Source: Trichosphaerium sp. ATCC 40318
Lineage: Eukaryota > Protista > Tubulinea
DNA: 64,000 nt
Direction of reading: 5' to 3'
Assembly: GCA_038496445.1 (NCBI GenBank)
Contig: JALMLS010000288.1
Span: 101,530 to 165,529 of the forward strand
The position numbers and the translations under genes were made by a program. The notes under the pieces were generated by a model that worked only from the letters and a program-made list of their open reading frames with translations, was not told the DNA's origin and ran no database searches. Positions within the stretch are counted from its first letter, which is position 1. Each line of letters opens with the position of its first letter. Below are positions 50,705-64,000 of the stretch, piece after piece.

Positions 50705-52622
50705 TTAGTGAACAACTTTTTTTTTCCTCTCGAAAGGCATGACACGTGTTCTCAATGGCTACAAGAAACAATAAGAACAAAGACTTAATATTTGTTTATG
50801 AGTAATTTTTCCTGTACCTTGACAAAGTACACCACTAGTATGACTATGACAGTAATAGATAGTACACAAATGACAATAATCAAGATGCCCCACCATTGTA
50901 AACCGCCACTGGATTGACTGCCTTTACAAACATCTTTTACAGAGAAAATGACAGATAATGTTGTCGGGCTGTATTCAGAGCTTGCTATTGTCACATCTTT
51001 ACAGCTATCGTCTGATACAGTTTGGATCTCTGAGAACTCAGATGTCAAACAATCATACTCAAGAAAGTCTCGCTTTTCACCATCTTTGGGTGGTTCATTA
51101 ATCTTGATACGAAGAATACCATTGTCAGTCTCGAGACAACCTATGTGAAACAAAATAAGAAAAGTTCGAAGTTCAAAAATCGCACCAGAAACAGTGATGA
51201 TGACATCATCGCTTACTGTCACTGTACTGTTTGTTATACTTAGATTACCGGATATTTGTGTTGGTTCGTTAATAAGAATATCTGATACGACAACAAGCTA
51301 CTCGGATCAGAGTTTAGAAATCAATCACGTTCATACACTTGTTATCCCTGCCGGTGTTGGTGATTCTGTAGGAGTATTAGTGGGAGTATACGTAGTGTAG
51401 TAGGAGAATATGTAGGAGAATATGTAGGTGCTTGGGTAGGATTATTTGTCGGTGAATAAGTAGGCGAATATGTAGGTGAACCTGTTGGGGAGATAGTATT
51501 TAGAGCATTGTAAATAACCTGATCCGCTAAAAATAATTAGTTGTAATATTTCTCTCAGAGAGACGAAATAGCCTATTTGGCTTTTCAGAAAAAAACCAAC
51601 CGTATTCCATTAAATTTGTAAGCATTTGTCGCATTACTGGCTCATCTCTCCATTGATCGCTAGAAAAAGCTCTCGCATCTCCTACAAGTACAACCCGTCC
51701 CTTACCTACAATGTTTATTTATATATGTCAGTAAATTGTTGTTTTTTTGTGTACCCCATGTAACATCAACAATAGCTGGATCAATTTCGTCTTCCTTGTA
51801 AGTTGCCACAACTCTTTTTTCAATTGTAGGAGCGTTTATGATAAAACTCGCTGCTGAATAAGTACACTTATAAAACAACTTTATACCTTTTGTATCGAAT
51901 ACTGGGCTCCCCGCTAACCCGTCTACAATAGGATGTTGTGGATCTACAACGAACACCTACTATGATTATTAATGGTTTCAGTCCTCTCTTACAATTGTGT
52001 ACCGTATCACTATCTGTACATGATCCGACCTCACATTGTTGAGGTGTTATTCCTAGGTTTCATTAGGATTCTTATAGCCTACGACTATTCAAAGTTTACC
52101 TGGTATGGCACCACAATAACTGTGATCAGGTTCATCGCACATCAAATAAGCTACATGGCCTGCTGATACCCATTCAAGAATGTCATCTTTCTCGTTGAGT
52201 TGAGACATAGCGCCAGTAAACAAAACGTCTTGATCCAGCAATGTGGAGGTATTGAACTCATCTACCACTTTGATCACGTGGTTGGCCATCTCTAAATGGA
52301 ATATTAAGTATTGAGTTCAAAGCCCAAACGTACCAAGAGCTTCTCTAGCTTTAGCGTTGCCTCCACCACCAAACGACCACCAACTAGAAAAACCTGATGC
52401 ATCTCTTTAACAATGTTAATACTATCTCTCAAGAACTAATGCTGTCGAAACATACAACTTACTACTCTACTTTTCTATTCTATTTGATCCGCACCTAGAA
52501 CCAGCTGGAACTACTACATTTAGGCAACTTACTTGCTCATGGAGAACCCATATAATTACAAGCAGCGTCAGCAATCTAAAATGCATAGAAAGGTACACTG
52601 TCGTTTTTGTATGGTATACCAT
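50705..52622 (-). CDS. Type I membrane protein with Pro/Thr/Ser stalk (copy 1, possible frameshift)
   Basis: Signal peptide, PTYSPT repeats at 51355-51490, TM segment WWGILIIVICVLSITVIVILVVYFV and a basic tail. Apparent frameshift near 51395. Confidence 0.6.
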
Positions 52623-52911
52623 TTTCTTCGCTATACAATTCTGTATTAGATTCGTTTTTCTGTTGGCCCACAGTGGGTTGTTTGTGGGATGACACGTGCT
52701 TTGTGATCCGAAAAATAATATGATGATATAACTAAGTGAGTATACGCAAGTACCCACAGCGTTACGTTACGCTTGTGAAGCGGAAGATAATTGCAAAGTT
52801 CCAAAAACGTATTTTTATTTACATAAAGCAAGACTTTTCAGTTTGTTATTTCAATGTCAACCTCACGTGCGTGCGTCTGTAATAAGCAAAGTTAAATTAA
52901 AATTTCATTTC

Positions 52912-54781
52912 TTAAATTAAACGTACTGTCTTTGGCCTCTTGTAAGGCATAAAACGTGTTCTCAATGGCTACAAAGATATCAATAAATGACACGATTTGT
53001 TGATGATAAATATCGTACCTTGACATAGTACACCACTAAAGTGACTACAACAGCAATCAATATGACGACAATGACAATAATCAAGATGCCCCACCATTGT
53101 AAACCGCCGCTGGATTGACTGCCTTGACAAACATCTTTTACAGAGAAAATGACAGATAATGTTGTTGGGCTGTATTCAGAGCTTGCTATTGTCACATCTT
53201 TACACGCATCGTCTGACAAAGTGTGAATTGTTGCGAACTCAGATGTCAAACAATTATACTCAAGGAAGTCTCGCTTTTCGCCATCTTTGGGTGGTTCATT
53301 AATCTTAATGCGAAGAATACCATCCTTAGTCTCAAGACACCCTTTAATAATGTCAGCAAAAAAAAAGTTACAATCAGATGCTCAAGTTCAAAAAGCGTAC
53401 CAGAAACAGTGATAATGATATCGTCGCTTACTGTCACTGTACTGTTTGTTATACTTAGATTACCGGATATTTGTGTTGGTTCAACGATCAGAATATCTGA
53501 TGTGATAGCCAGGCCTATCTATTTAAATGGTTTAGAAAACTAATTAGTGTTGAATTTTACATACGTTTTTAGGATCTACTGTAGGCGTCCGTAGGAGCTT
53601 CTGTGGGAGCATCTGTAGGAGACTCTGTAGGTATAGCTGTAGGAGCGAGTGTGTAGCAGTATTAATGACTTCGTCAGCTAAAAAAAGGGTAAGAATATTG
53701 TTGCTTCTTTATTATTAATGTACCGTATTCCATTACATTACCAAGCATTTGTAGCATTTGTGGGTTAGCTCTTATGTGGTCATTTGAAAAAGCACCAGCA
53801 TCTCCAATAAGTATAACCCGTCCTTTACCTAAAGTATTGTTAATATATCAGTAGCTTTTGGATTAAAGGTCTATAGTACTCGCCCCATGCCACATCTACT
53901 ATTGCTGGATCTCTTTGGTTGTCTCTGTAAGTAGCCACAACTGTACTTCCCGTCACAGAAGCATTTATAGCGAACCTCACTGCTTAATAAGTTGTGCGTA
54001 GGCAACTAAACCCAAGTACCTCTATTATCATCAAATTCAAGAGCTAACCCAGCTACAATTGGATGTGTTGTCTGGAATAAACAACTATTCTAATTAGTTG
54101 GGAATTTTATCTGTTTTTAGAAAGTGCGCAACCTGTTAAAGCCAAGGAATCTGCATAAATTGGAGACTTCACAAGCTGAAGGCGTTATTCCTATCTTTGT
54201 TAGACAACCTAAACAATGTTACAGTTACCTGGTATGGCATCGCAGTAACTATGACCAGGTTGCCCACACATCAAAAGAGCAATATGACCTGCTGATACCC
54301 ATTCAAGAATATCATCTTTCTCGTTGAGTTGAGACATAGCGCCAGTAATCAAAACGTCTTGATCCTGTAATGTGGTGGTATTAAAGGTCTCTACCAGTTT
54401 AATCATGTGATTAGTGTCTAAATAATAGGATAAGATTCTGAGCGTGTTATCTCTTCTACATACCAAGTGCCGCTCTTGCATCACTATTTTCTCGAGCACC
54501 GAACGACCATCGAGAGAGTGAGTAAGCGTCCCTTTACGATCATTAATAAAGGCTAATAAAACAAGTTTGGTTTTGAGAAATGGAGAATTTCGTAACTATA
54601 CGGAATAAAGTTTCTCTAATTGAGCGGTGATTAGGTACCTAGATTCACCAGGAACCACCACATTAAGGCAACTCACTCGCGCGTGGAATAAAGAAATGAA
54701 TAAAAGCAGGGATAGAAATCTAAAATACACGGAAAGTTCCAATGTCGCCCTTTTCGCGCGGAAGAGCGTGTGCGATACCAT
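52912..54781 (-). pseudogene. Tandem paralog of the 50.7-52.6 kb membrane protein (copy 2)
   Basis: Same exons and TM segment; apparent stops or frameshifts near 53590-53660 and 53985. Confidence 0.6.
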
Positions 54782-55874
54782 TTTTTCTTGTTTCTAAAGT
54801 TTTTCGTTTTAGGCAAATTAGACATAACAAGATATACTGTATTACCTCTTTTTAGCCTTTATGTACTATATGTATGATGTGGAGGAAATTTCTGAAAGAT
54901 TGAGTCACGTGTTCGCGATAATTCGTCAATTTTTTACTTCAACTCAAATTTATTTTAATCACTTAACCGCTTGGTAGTTAAGCAATAATAGAAAGTCATT
55001 ACAGCAAAAAGCTCTAGGGTTGCATCTGCAGATGACTAACTCATGCTTACTTGCAATAACCGGTTAATCTCATGTAAACAAGATTTAGCAACTGCATACT
55101 GCGGACGAAAAAGCAACGTGATTTCCTCACTGAAAACTCAACAAAAAAAAGCTCGAAGCTTCTGTAGGTAAACTGTTATCCATCAAGTCAAGATTTTTGC
55201 ATCCAGAACCTACAACATTCCCTTGGCACTAATATTTTTTGTTCCTTCGTCATTTTGAACAGGCACAACCACTTTTTTTTCCATGTGAACACAAAAAAAC
55301 AATGTTGTTTACAAACCACAATACCAACTCACCCGTCGCTTTAATGGCCTATTGTGTAATTGTCAAAAGACATTCACATAAGGCTTTTCGTAGTCCGACC
55401 TTGTGCTACAAATCTCTATAATTTATTGGAGCAATTGTGCAGGGGTTCACTTGGGACGTAGATTTTTTCCGTTCCGCCGAATCGGAAGCGAACAATTTTT
55501 GGCCTAACATAAAGACAAATCATTCTAGTGGGCACTCAACCTTTCAACAACTACTGTATTAATATGCTTTTTTTGCAACTGCACGTTGAAACAGTTAATT
55601 GCTTTACTAAAGTCAAGAGAACTTGTCACGTTTCTTTGCTTCTGATTTGAAACGACAGCTCTTTTTTTTTGTAGATAAAAAGAGTTGACAATATCAAGAC
55701 CCAGGTAGTGGTTATTAACACAAACTCAATAATAAAGTGCTACTCTTGTTACAATAATTGTTGGTTTATTTACAAACTTACATACAAACACATGCGAATG
55801 GTGAAAATTTCTCTTTTGTTTTTTTTTTCTTTGAATGAATTTTTTTTAAAATACAGCTGTTCACGTGTCCAAGT

Positions 55875-56516
55875 TTAAAATTCCCTTGTTTTTACCTTGC
55901 GTACGTGGATACGAAAATTCTTTGAGATGGATCTTCTACCTCCACTGAAGGAAGAAAAGGATGAAGCAAGAGAAGATCGCAATTTAGATTTTGTTCTCTT
56001 CAATTTTCGTCTTGTTGGCGACCTTGATCTTGTTTTATGTGCTTGGTCTTTTGGAGATCTTGTTCTAATACCACATTGATCTGGAGAACAGTCTTTTTTA
56101 AGAAATACGTCAATAACTTGTGATAACTTGAGTTCAGAGGCAATTTGTTTCGCGGTTTTTCCATCTTCGTTCAACAAAGAAGCGTTCGCCCCAGCATCCA
56201 GTAAAAGTCTTACAATCCTTGGATTACCTATCTTACACGCCATATGAAGTGCTGTCCCTTGCGGTCCCATATCATCGACGCAGTCAGGGTTCGTTGGTAG
56301 TGTTTTTTGAAGAAAGTTTTTTAAACAGTTTGAGCTTGATGAATCTCCAATACATTTAACAACAACGTGAAGGTCGCTGTATCCAGAAGACTTTAAATCA
56401 ATATATTCATTTTCTGTTATTCTAAACTGTACAAGCCATCGCGGTATCTTTGTAGGTCTTGTCAGTTTCCAACCAGCTCTTGGCGTACCAAACGAGAATG
56501 TGTTACTTGAAGACAT
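55875..56516 (-). CDS. Ankyrin-repeat protein with basic Ser/Arg-rich tail
   Basis: GTALHMACKIGNPRIVRLLLDAGANASLLNEDGKTAKQIA. Confidence 0.85.
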   Translation of the reverse strand: MSSSNTFSFGTPRAGWKLTRPTKIPRWLVQFRITENEYIDLKSSGYSDLHVVVKCIGDSSSSNCLKNFLQKTLPTNPDCVDDMGPQGTALHMACKIGNPRIVRLLLDAGANASLLNEDGKTAKQIASELKLSQVIDVFLKKDCSPDQCGIRTRSPKDQAHKTRSRSPTRRKLKRTKSKLRSSLASSFSSFSGGRRSISKNFRIHVRKVKTREF

Positions 56517-56725
56517 TGCTAAAAAAAACGAAGTGAGCCAACAATTTTTTTTTGTTTTTTTTGATTGACAAAAGACGCGATTAGAAATCACGTGTGGATA
56601 CAAAAACGATAGTATAAATACAGGACTGTTGGATAAGCGCATAGTTACAGCGCTAAACGAGTATCCAAGCCAGGTGTATTCAAAATTTTTTTGCTTTTTT
56701 TTTTTGGCTTTTTTTCAAAAAAAAG

Positions 56726-57442
56726 TTACGAAATGGGTTTGACCTTCCCACATGTTCCAACAGATGGACATTAGAGAATTTTGAAGAGAAGTATAATAGT
56801 ATCATGATAACTAACGAATTGAAAAAAATTGTGTACCTGCTTCATAGTTTTGATATTCCGAACTTCTTTTGAACTCTGTCCAAACTGAATCGTAAATAGT
56901 ATCAACAATGTATGCTTTCAAATCTGATAAACTATCTATACGCTAAACGTAGAATCATGTCAGTACGTTTTTGTTTCTACCAAAACAATCAAAAATATAC
57001 AACGCTCAAAAAAACACGATCACGTGTGTCGAAAAGGCGCCATAGTCAAAAAAATTGCGCGAAGCGATGAAGCCTAAAATAATCCGAAACTTTTTCCGTT
57101 GTGTACCTTGGGAACTTCGCTCGTAAAGCTTTTAAACAACAGCCTGTCGGCTGGTGTGAGACTCGCGGAAGAATTCCATAGCTGCAGTATGTGACGGTTC
57201 TCTTCCGTGCGCTCACAAAACAACGAAAGAGCTTCATAATACGGTGTAAATGTTAATGCGAACATTATTTCTCGCTTTTCTTCTTCTTCGCTTGAATGTT
57301 TGTAAAACTCCTTTATTCTCCCAAGTTGCTTCGCCGCTTTATAATAACATGTTAAGAGTGTATTTACATCACATTGGGTACCTTTTGGTGCCGCTTTAAC
57401 CCATGAATTTGATCGACGTCTTCTTCTTGGTTGTAAAGTCAT
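56726..57442 (-). CDS. Possible divergent RGS-domain protein (3' end uncertain)
   Basis: YYEALSLFCERTEENRHILQLW and LKAYIVDTIYDSVWTEFKRSSEY resemble the first and last RGS helices. Confidence 0.4.
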
Positions 57443-57842
57443 AGTAGTACTATTTACGAGCGTCTGAGAGACTTTTATTGCGGTTTTGTGACGTGTTGCT
57501 TAAGTTTTAGTTGTAGAGAAAACTGTGAATGCACTGAACTTTTCTTGTTTCTTGAGAACAATCAATCAAAACTTTCACGAACCAAAGCGAGTGCCGGGGA
57601 AATGTTTTAAACGATCATAAAAAAAAATGAAGACTTTGTCACTCACTGTGGGGCGCTTGTGATCGCTGTGTACCATTATTTTTCGTAGTTGTAGCTGTGG
57701 CTAGCGTCTACTTGATATAATACTTTTGAAAACGAAATCACGTGCCCGACAAAATGACTTGGGTACTGCAGTAGTTGGAACCTTTTTTTTTATTTTTATG
57801 TTAAAATTGACGATAACTACATAACTTACAAACACTCTATGA

Positions 57843-58737
57843 TCACTCCATAGACTCATCATTGTCAGTAGCAGAAATATTCGAATAAAGTTCTCTCCTT
57901 TTCTCTTGTATTTCTAAAAGCGTTGCTTTTGATTTTTCGCCGTCTTTTCTTTGCTCTTCATCTGTTTTTTGTGGTACCACAGGTTCATAAGAATCAGAAA
58001 ATGGAGAACTGGGAGAAAAAGGACTTCCAGGCATATAATTGGGAGAGCTTGGAGTGTACTCTGGGGAGCTAGGATAGCCTGGGGAAGTACGAGTGTAGTC
58101 TGGGGAACTAGGCCGATAATACGAAGGGGAAGAGACTGGAGAAGTAGCGGCATAGCTTGGAGTGTAACCAGGCGACGAAGGTGGAGAATAAAGATTACGT
58201 CTTTGTTTGAAATCAATCAGTACAATTTGTTAAAAGTGAAAAAATTTGTCACTTACCCTAACCTCTCTTGCCTTTCCCTTATTATTCTCAGCCTATCTGC
58301 TCTACTAAAGGATGTTCTACCAAACCTGGATCTTCTGCGAGGAGGAGATAGAGGGTTACGACGGCGTCTGGGATGTATTAATAGATCATCTCTAGGAAGT
58401 GGAACTACAAAACGTCTTCCTCTTCTCCCGTAGATAGATTCTTCTCGAGTTGGAGAATCTGGAACACTTCGTGGCGTTGGTGGTCTATCAGGAGCGCCCA
58501 TAGAAGGCTCATTATTGAGAGCGACATCACAAATATGCCCGAAGAGGTGCTTGATATTCGGTACTATTTAAGAGCGTAAGAAACAGCGAACGAAGAGAGA
58601 CAGCCAAAAAAGTTGATTGAAAACAACGCATAAGTTTTGTGCGTTTTTAACGTACTAGACATTCCCTGGTTGTTCAAATCTATCATTACACGCGCTATCA
58701 TGTATAATTCTTCTTCTTTTATGTTGTTTTCGCTCAT
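57843..58737 (-). CDS. Low-complexity Arg/Pro/Ser protein with CTD-like heptads, 3 exons
   Basis: In-frame GT-AG splicing; exon 3 encodes [40 protein letters not shown]. Confidence 0.65.
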
Positions 58738-59016
58738 GCTGCCACAATGCGAAATCAAATAAAATACAAAATATCGTACTTAACAAAAAACATCTGTTAA
58801 GTTACTTTCCTTTTTTTTCGTGGTTGACTTGTTTTGTCCATATCAATCAAACTGTCGCGTATGTTGTGATGTTGTCGTAATTGTATTTAAACATAACGCT
58901 TATTATATTGGTAGCAAAAACGGAGTTTTACGTTCTTCACAAATGCACAATATTTCCTCACTTAGAGAAAAAAAAAAAAAGTCCAAACACTTGAAGCCAC
59001 AGTTCCGTAAATTACC

Positions 59017-60091
59017 ATGGGATCAAAAAACAAGGCTCCTCAAATACTAACGATGATCGTTATGGGTGCAGGAGGCGTAGGTATGATTCATAAAACGTTA
59101 TTTTTAAACATCAAGTGCTAACGTTTTTAAAAAAAAGGTAAATCTGCATTAACAATACAGATGACAAGCTCGCGCTTCGTTGTAGAATACGGCAAGTACT
59201 CCCTAACACAGTTTATTTTAAACATCTTAAAACCTTTAAACAAATAATTGAGAGCATAATTAATACCATTTATGTATTCCCACGTGCCCCGAACCGTTTT
59301 TAAGGCGTTTATTTTTGTTTCTAATTTTTTTTTCTTATAGATCCAACAATCGAAAACAACTACAGAAAGCAAGTCACAGTAGATGGTGCGCCTTGCTTAC
59401 TTGAGATTATCGACACTGCAGGCCAAGAAGAGTATGCAGTGATGCGATACCAATACGTAAAACAAGGCAAAGGATTCTTACTTGTATACGTAAGCTTAAT
59501 AGAGCTCTTAGATCTTTTCTCTTAGTTTTTTTTCTGAAGCAAAGAAAAAAAAACCGAAATTCTTTCCACCAAAACCTTTACTATAACAACCTCATTCCAC
59601 ACGTGGATAATACGCGTGATGTAATGTGACGTTATATATTAATCTTCACGAAGGAAAAAAAAAGATATTTATTTCACGCCAAACACTTCCAAACCCCCAA
59701 CAATTAAAATATCACGTGATTCCTAAAAAAATACTGTCTTTAGGATATGACCCGACTTTCTTCCTTCAAAGAAATAGAAGTCATACGAGATATGATAGAC
59801 CGTGCTAAGGATGGTGAGAAAGTAGCAACAGTTCTTGTAGGAAATAAATGCGATTTGGCTGATGAGCGTGAGGTTGCAATGGAGGAAGCGAAGGATTACG
59901 CTGACGAACACGGAATGAAGTTTTTCGAGACAAGCGCAAAGAATAGAGTAAATGTTGACGAGTCGTTCTTTGAAGTCGCCAGAGAAATGCGTAAACTATT
60001 TGGTAATCCTTCACCAGCAAAAAGAGGAAGGCGTTCATCCATTGCTAAACAAATGAAAAAAATCCAACACGCCGAGTGCATTCTGTTGTAA
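59017..60091 (+). CDS. Ras-family small GTPase, 4 exons
   Basis: GAGGVGKS, YDPTIE (across GC-AG intron 59192-59340), DTAGQEE, NKCD, ETSAK and CAAX box CILL. Confidence 0.97.
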
Positions 60092-60303
60092 AAAAAAAAA
60101 ACCCAAGGAAGTATCAAGTACGGATGTAAAATAAAAACCTTTTATAACACTGCCAGTTAAATACTACGCCACCGCAATATATTACACCTAAGGATGTTTA
60201 TGTAAAAGCGTGTAGCTTTGGTAAGTACTATACATTGAGCTACATGCTTTTCAATCGCTGTTTATGGAAAACTAGTTGTTACAGAAGAAACAAATCGAGT
60301 TGT

Positions 60304-61509
60304 TTATAATTCCTTTAGTACTTCTTTTGCAGTTTGTATACCATGTAATACTGCTCCTTGCATCAATCCTGTCTCTCTTCTTGAGAACTCTGTTCCAGCA
60401 AAGTGTACATGTCCGTGTTTAACACCTGCTTCAGCAACATAGTGTGGATGGCGAAAGCAAGGTGTTTTATCTAATGTTGTCCACTCATCATCGTACCAAC
60501 TATACCACGTGACATCCTCCGGTTTACTAGCTTCTACACCAAGCAATTTTGTGAGTTGTTCTACAACACTCTTTATTACATCTTCACGTTTTGTTGAGCC
60601 GCATCTCATCTCCAACGAAAGCGGAACGAACCCGCAAACGGCGTTCATCTCTTTATCTTTAGTACAACTATCATATATCTGACTTATAGGTCCATCAGGT
60701 AATCCTAAATATAACTACTTAGAACATGGTTTAGCACAAAATAGTATCGCTGTTACCTATTTCTTTTAGTGTTCCTGCTTCTCTCCAGAATGCTGTCTTG
60801 TATTGTACGATAACCTTCGAGAAATTTGACATCCAAGTTGGTTGCTTCTTAATCGCAGAAGCCTGAACAAGCGGTAACGATGGCTTGTTTTCTATCACCA
60901 ACACGTGTTGTGGAGGTACAGCCATTATAACTTTTTTACACTTCATTTTTTGAATTCCATTTTTAGATTTCCACGTGACTGTAACGCCATCTTTTTCTGT
61001 TTGATCAATAGATGTTACAACACTGCTTAGAAGTACATCTGCAGCGAGTTGAAACTTTTCTACAATAGCCTTGCATATCGATACAGCGCCGCCAACGTAT
61101 CTCACTCGTGAGTCATAAGCGCCAAACTGCGGGTACGCAGTTACACCTAGACCCTTATATGAGGCAGTTAGAAGACGTTTTACGCCATTGAGGGGCATTG
61201 TAAGCGTACCTCTGCGAAACTAGCTAGTTGCGTGTGATAATTCTTCCAACACCACGCTGCGCCTACGTCTACGCGAAGAGGGTTATTGAGAGAGGTTTGG
61301 GTGATGTTTAAAGAAAAGAGGAGAATTTCCAGATTTTTGGCGTTAAGCGTACCAACACCGTGTATGGTATGTACTCTACCTCCTATCCTTCCTCTAGCTT
61401 CTAGTATAAGAACATTTAACGCATTTCTCTCCTTTTTCAGTGTGTAAGCCGCAGATAGCCCTGATAGTCCTGCACCAATAATAACAACATCCACGTCTTT
61501 TTTTTCCAT
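60304..61509 (-). CDS. Flavin-containing amine oxidase family protein
   Basis: [36 protein letters not shown]...[10 protein letters not shown]. Confidence 0.92.
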
Positions 61510-61705
61510 TATTGTATGCTGTTTTTGTAGCTCTGTGAAGCAGTAATTCGCTAAAAACAGTCAGGTATTAAGTCAAGCAGGCATGACTTATTCGCTTGAA
61601 AAGGAAACCTTCCCACGGGTTCACATACATAAGAGATCACCTCTTTGACGCTGTCTACGGCGTTTTTACTTCAATACTTATACAAGGAGAATACTTGATT
61701 TAATG

Positions 61706-62420
61706 TCATGGTGTAAGTTTATTAACATCATAAACGAAGCCGTGATACAAGCATGTTGAAGTCCAACATAGTTTGAGTAAAATATACAATCGTAGAGTCA
61801 TAAGGTTCTCAAAGAATCCAACTGCCTCTCCAAAAAATGCTGTGTGAAATGTAATGAGTCCAGAAAGCGCCATAGCTATACCTGACGCTTGGAAAGCAAG
61901 CTAGAGAGGCGTCAGTCAAGATTGGTAAGTTGAGGAACAGCTTGAGTTTTGCGTCAAAATGCTTGAATGAGTTCAATATCGTTAAAGAGTGCGTAAGAAC
62001 GCTTTTTCGCTCTAAGTTTAACGTATTGATGAAAACGTACCTGTCGTATTGTTTTATCTTTTGAATACGCGCCCTTGTAGCTTAAATATCCTAAAGCACA
62101 GTCTGCTGCGCTGTTATTCTAAGGTTTAACGTTAAAATCACTCAAAGGTACATAAAACTGTCAAACATACGCGTAATATCATTGTACATATTGTATTTAA
62201 CCCTAAACGATGGTTTTAACGAGTACTGTCAAGCAAAATCAAAAAACGAATTGAACTTACGCCAATCTGGTATAGAAAGCCACGATAGTACCTGCCTAGA
62301 GCGATAAAACTCTAATAAAGCAAGTGAACCGTATACTATGCTGTTTACAGTCAGTAATACGCCTACTGGGTCTTTCTTCTTTTCAGCCTTTGTTTCCTTT
62401 ATATCTTCCTTCTCTGCCAT
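61706..62420 (-). CDS. Small multi-pass membrane protein, unknown function
   Basis: Hydrophobic exons separated by GT-AG introns; starts MAEKEDIKE. Confidence 0.45.
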
Positions 62421-63379
62421 TAGCTCTTGCTTTTTATACAAAAATCCAAACAAAAACCAGTACTTTATTGGTCAATATTCATTTCAAGCTTCCTACCGAG
62501 AACCTTCGTTCGCAAACATTGTAAGCACGTGATTAAAACGACAAGCACAAAAGTGTAGTCACGTGATGACAATAACCTGGGCAACAACCGACCAAATTAT
62601 TTACCAGGAAGTCTAGCTTACAGCTACGCCAAAAGGCGGTCAAGACCACTTCCCTACCGTCCAAAAATTGAGCGCATTAACTTCATCATTGTAGAAGTAG
62701 TAGAACGGCTGTTGCATCATCTGTTGATCGTATTTCAAACCCTCCAGTAGTTGATATACGATCAAAGATTATCCAAAATCTTGTGAGCGTTCACACAACA
62801 AAATCAAAGAAAAAGAGGCACAGTTGACAGTACTGAATAAAGAAATAAACCTCTCACGTGACAAGCGTTATAAAATTACTTGAACCAGTCATGTGCGTAC
62901 TAACTAGAGAATCATAGAATATCAGTTACAATGTACAACTGCAGTACATGACTGCATTGAATCCCCTTCAATAAACTTGGATAATAATAAAATGTGTAAC
63001 TTTTAGTCCAACATTAATGTGTTAGTTTCTTGCCATCGTATTAGATACCATCTTGTGCGAATATGATAGTACTTGTGAAAAACTGTGTAACGTTGGTCTA
63101 GCCAGCGTTCAAACCTGGAATTCGAATACAAACCTATCAACTAAAGCATAAAAATACATTGACAACACGTGACGCAATCTTTCAAAAAAATTCATCATCA
63201 AACGATACATAGTGTACATAAAGACTAAAACAAGGTAATCCAGTATATCTTGGTATGCCTTATTAGAAATGAACAACTTTAGAAATACGAAAAGCAAAAT
63301 GGTATCGCACACGCTATTCCATAATGTAATGGAATATGGTACATCAAAAGAACCAACTACAGCAATATTCTTATACTTT

Positions 63380-64000
63380 TCTTAGCTGACGAAGTCAGCA
63401 ATGCTGCTGCAACAGGTACTCCTACAGCTGTTCCTACAGAGTCTCCTACAGATAGTCTCACGGCCACACCTACAGTAGATCCTAAAAACGTATGTAAAAT
63501 TCAACACTAATTAGTTTCTAAACCATTTAAATAGATAGGCCTGGCTATCACATCAGATATTCTGATCGTTGAACCAACAAGTATATCCGGTAATCTTAGT
63601 ATAACAAACAGTACAGTGACAGTAAGCGATGATATCATGGTACGATTTTTAAATTTCTGGCACTAGTTTGTAGCATCTTTTTGCCTACATTTGTACAGGG
63701 TGCCTTGAGATCAATGACAGTATTCTTCGTATCAAGATTAATGAACCACCCAAAGATGGTGAAAAGCGAGACTTTATGGAGTATAATTGTTTGACATCTG
63801 AGTTCTCAGAGATCCAGACTGTATCAGACGATAGCTGCAAAGATGTGACAATAGCAAGCTCTGAATAGCCCAACAACATTATCTGTCATTTTCTCTGTAA
63901 AAGATGTTTGTCAAGACAATCAATCCAGCGGAAGTATACAATGGTGGATCATCTTGATTATTGTCATTTGTGTACTATCTATCACTTTCGTAGTCATACT
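63380..64000 (+). pseudogene. Third, inverted partial copy of the PT-stalk membrane protein gene
   Basis: Reverse-complement match to 53000-53680 and 50850-51270, with deletions and an in-frame TAG (tctgaatag, about 63867). Confidence 0.8.

Overview
AT-rich (about 35% GC by eye) eukaryotic nuclear DNA, most likely from a free-living protist (amoeba-like, inferred from gene content; the organism cannot be identified). Two gene classes are interleaved. (1) Housekeeping or secretory genes broken by many short introns (mostly 40-150 nt): GH18 chitinase, P4-ATPase flippase, RPB10, GH31 glycosidase, ependymin-like, Kelch, TIMP/NTR, Ras, flavin amine oxidase. (2) A fast-turnover set of mostly intron-poor F-box genes: six F-box-LRR, two F-box-MORN and a hidden F-box-PH gene, plus orphan repeat fragments, segmental duplications and a poly(A)-tailed retroelement with a 19-bp TSD. 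Three signals stand out. The palindrome CACGTG occurs about 69 times (hand count), roughly 10x the composition expectation. At least 9 distinct GC-AG introns are present, 6 of them starting GCACGTG, so the palindrome is built into the splice donor. The F-box-LRR family has a near-invariant repeat framework, hypervariable concave-face residues and whole-repeat gain/loss, consistent with a diversifying ubiquitin-ligase receptor repertoire. Gene models were spliced by hand, and internal exon boundaries not quoted are approximate.
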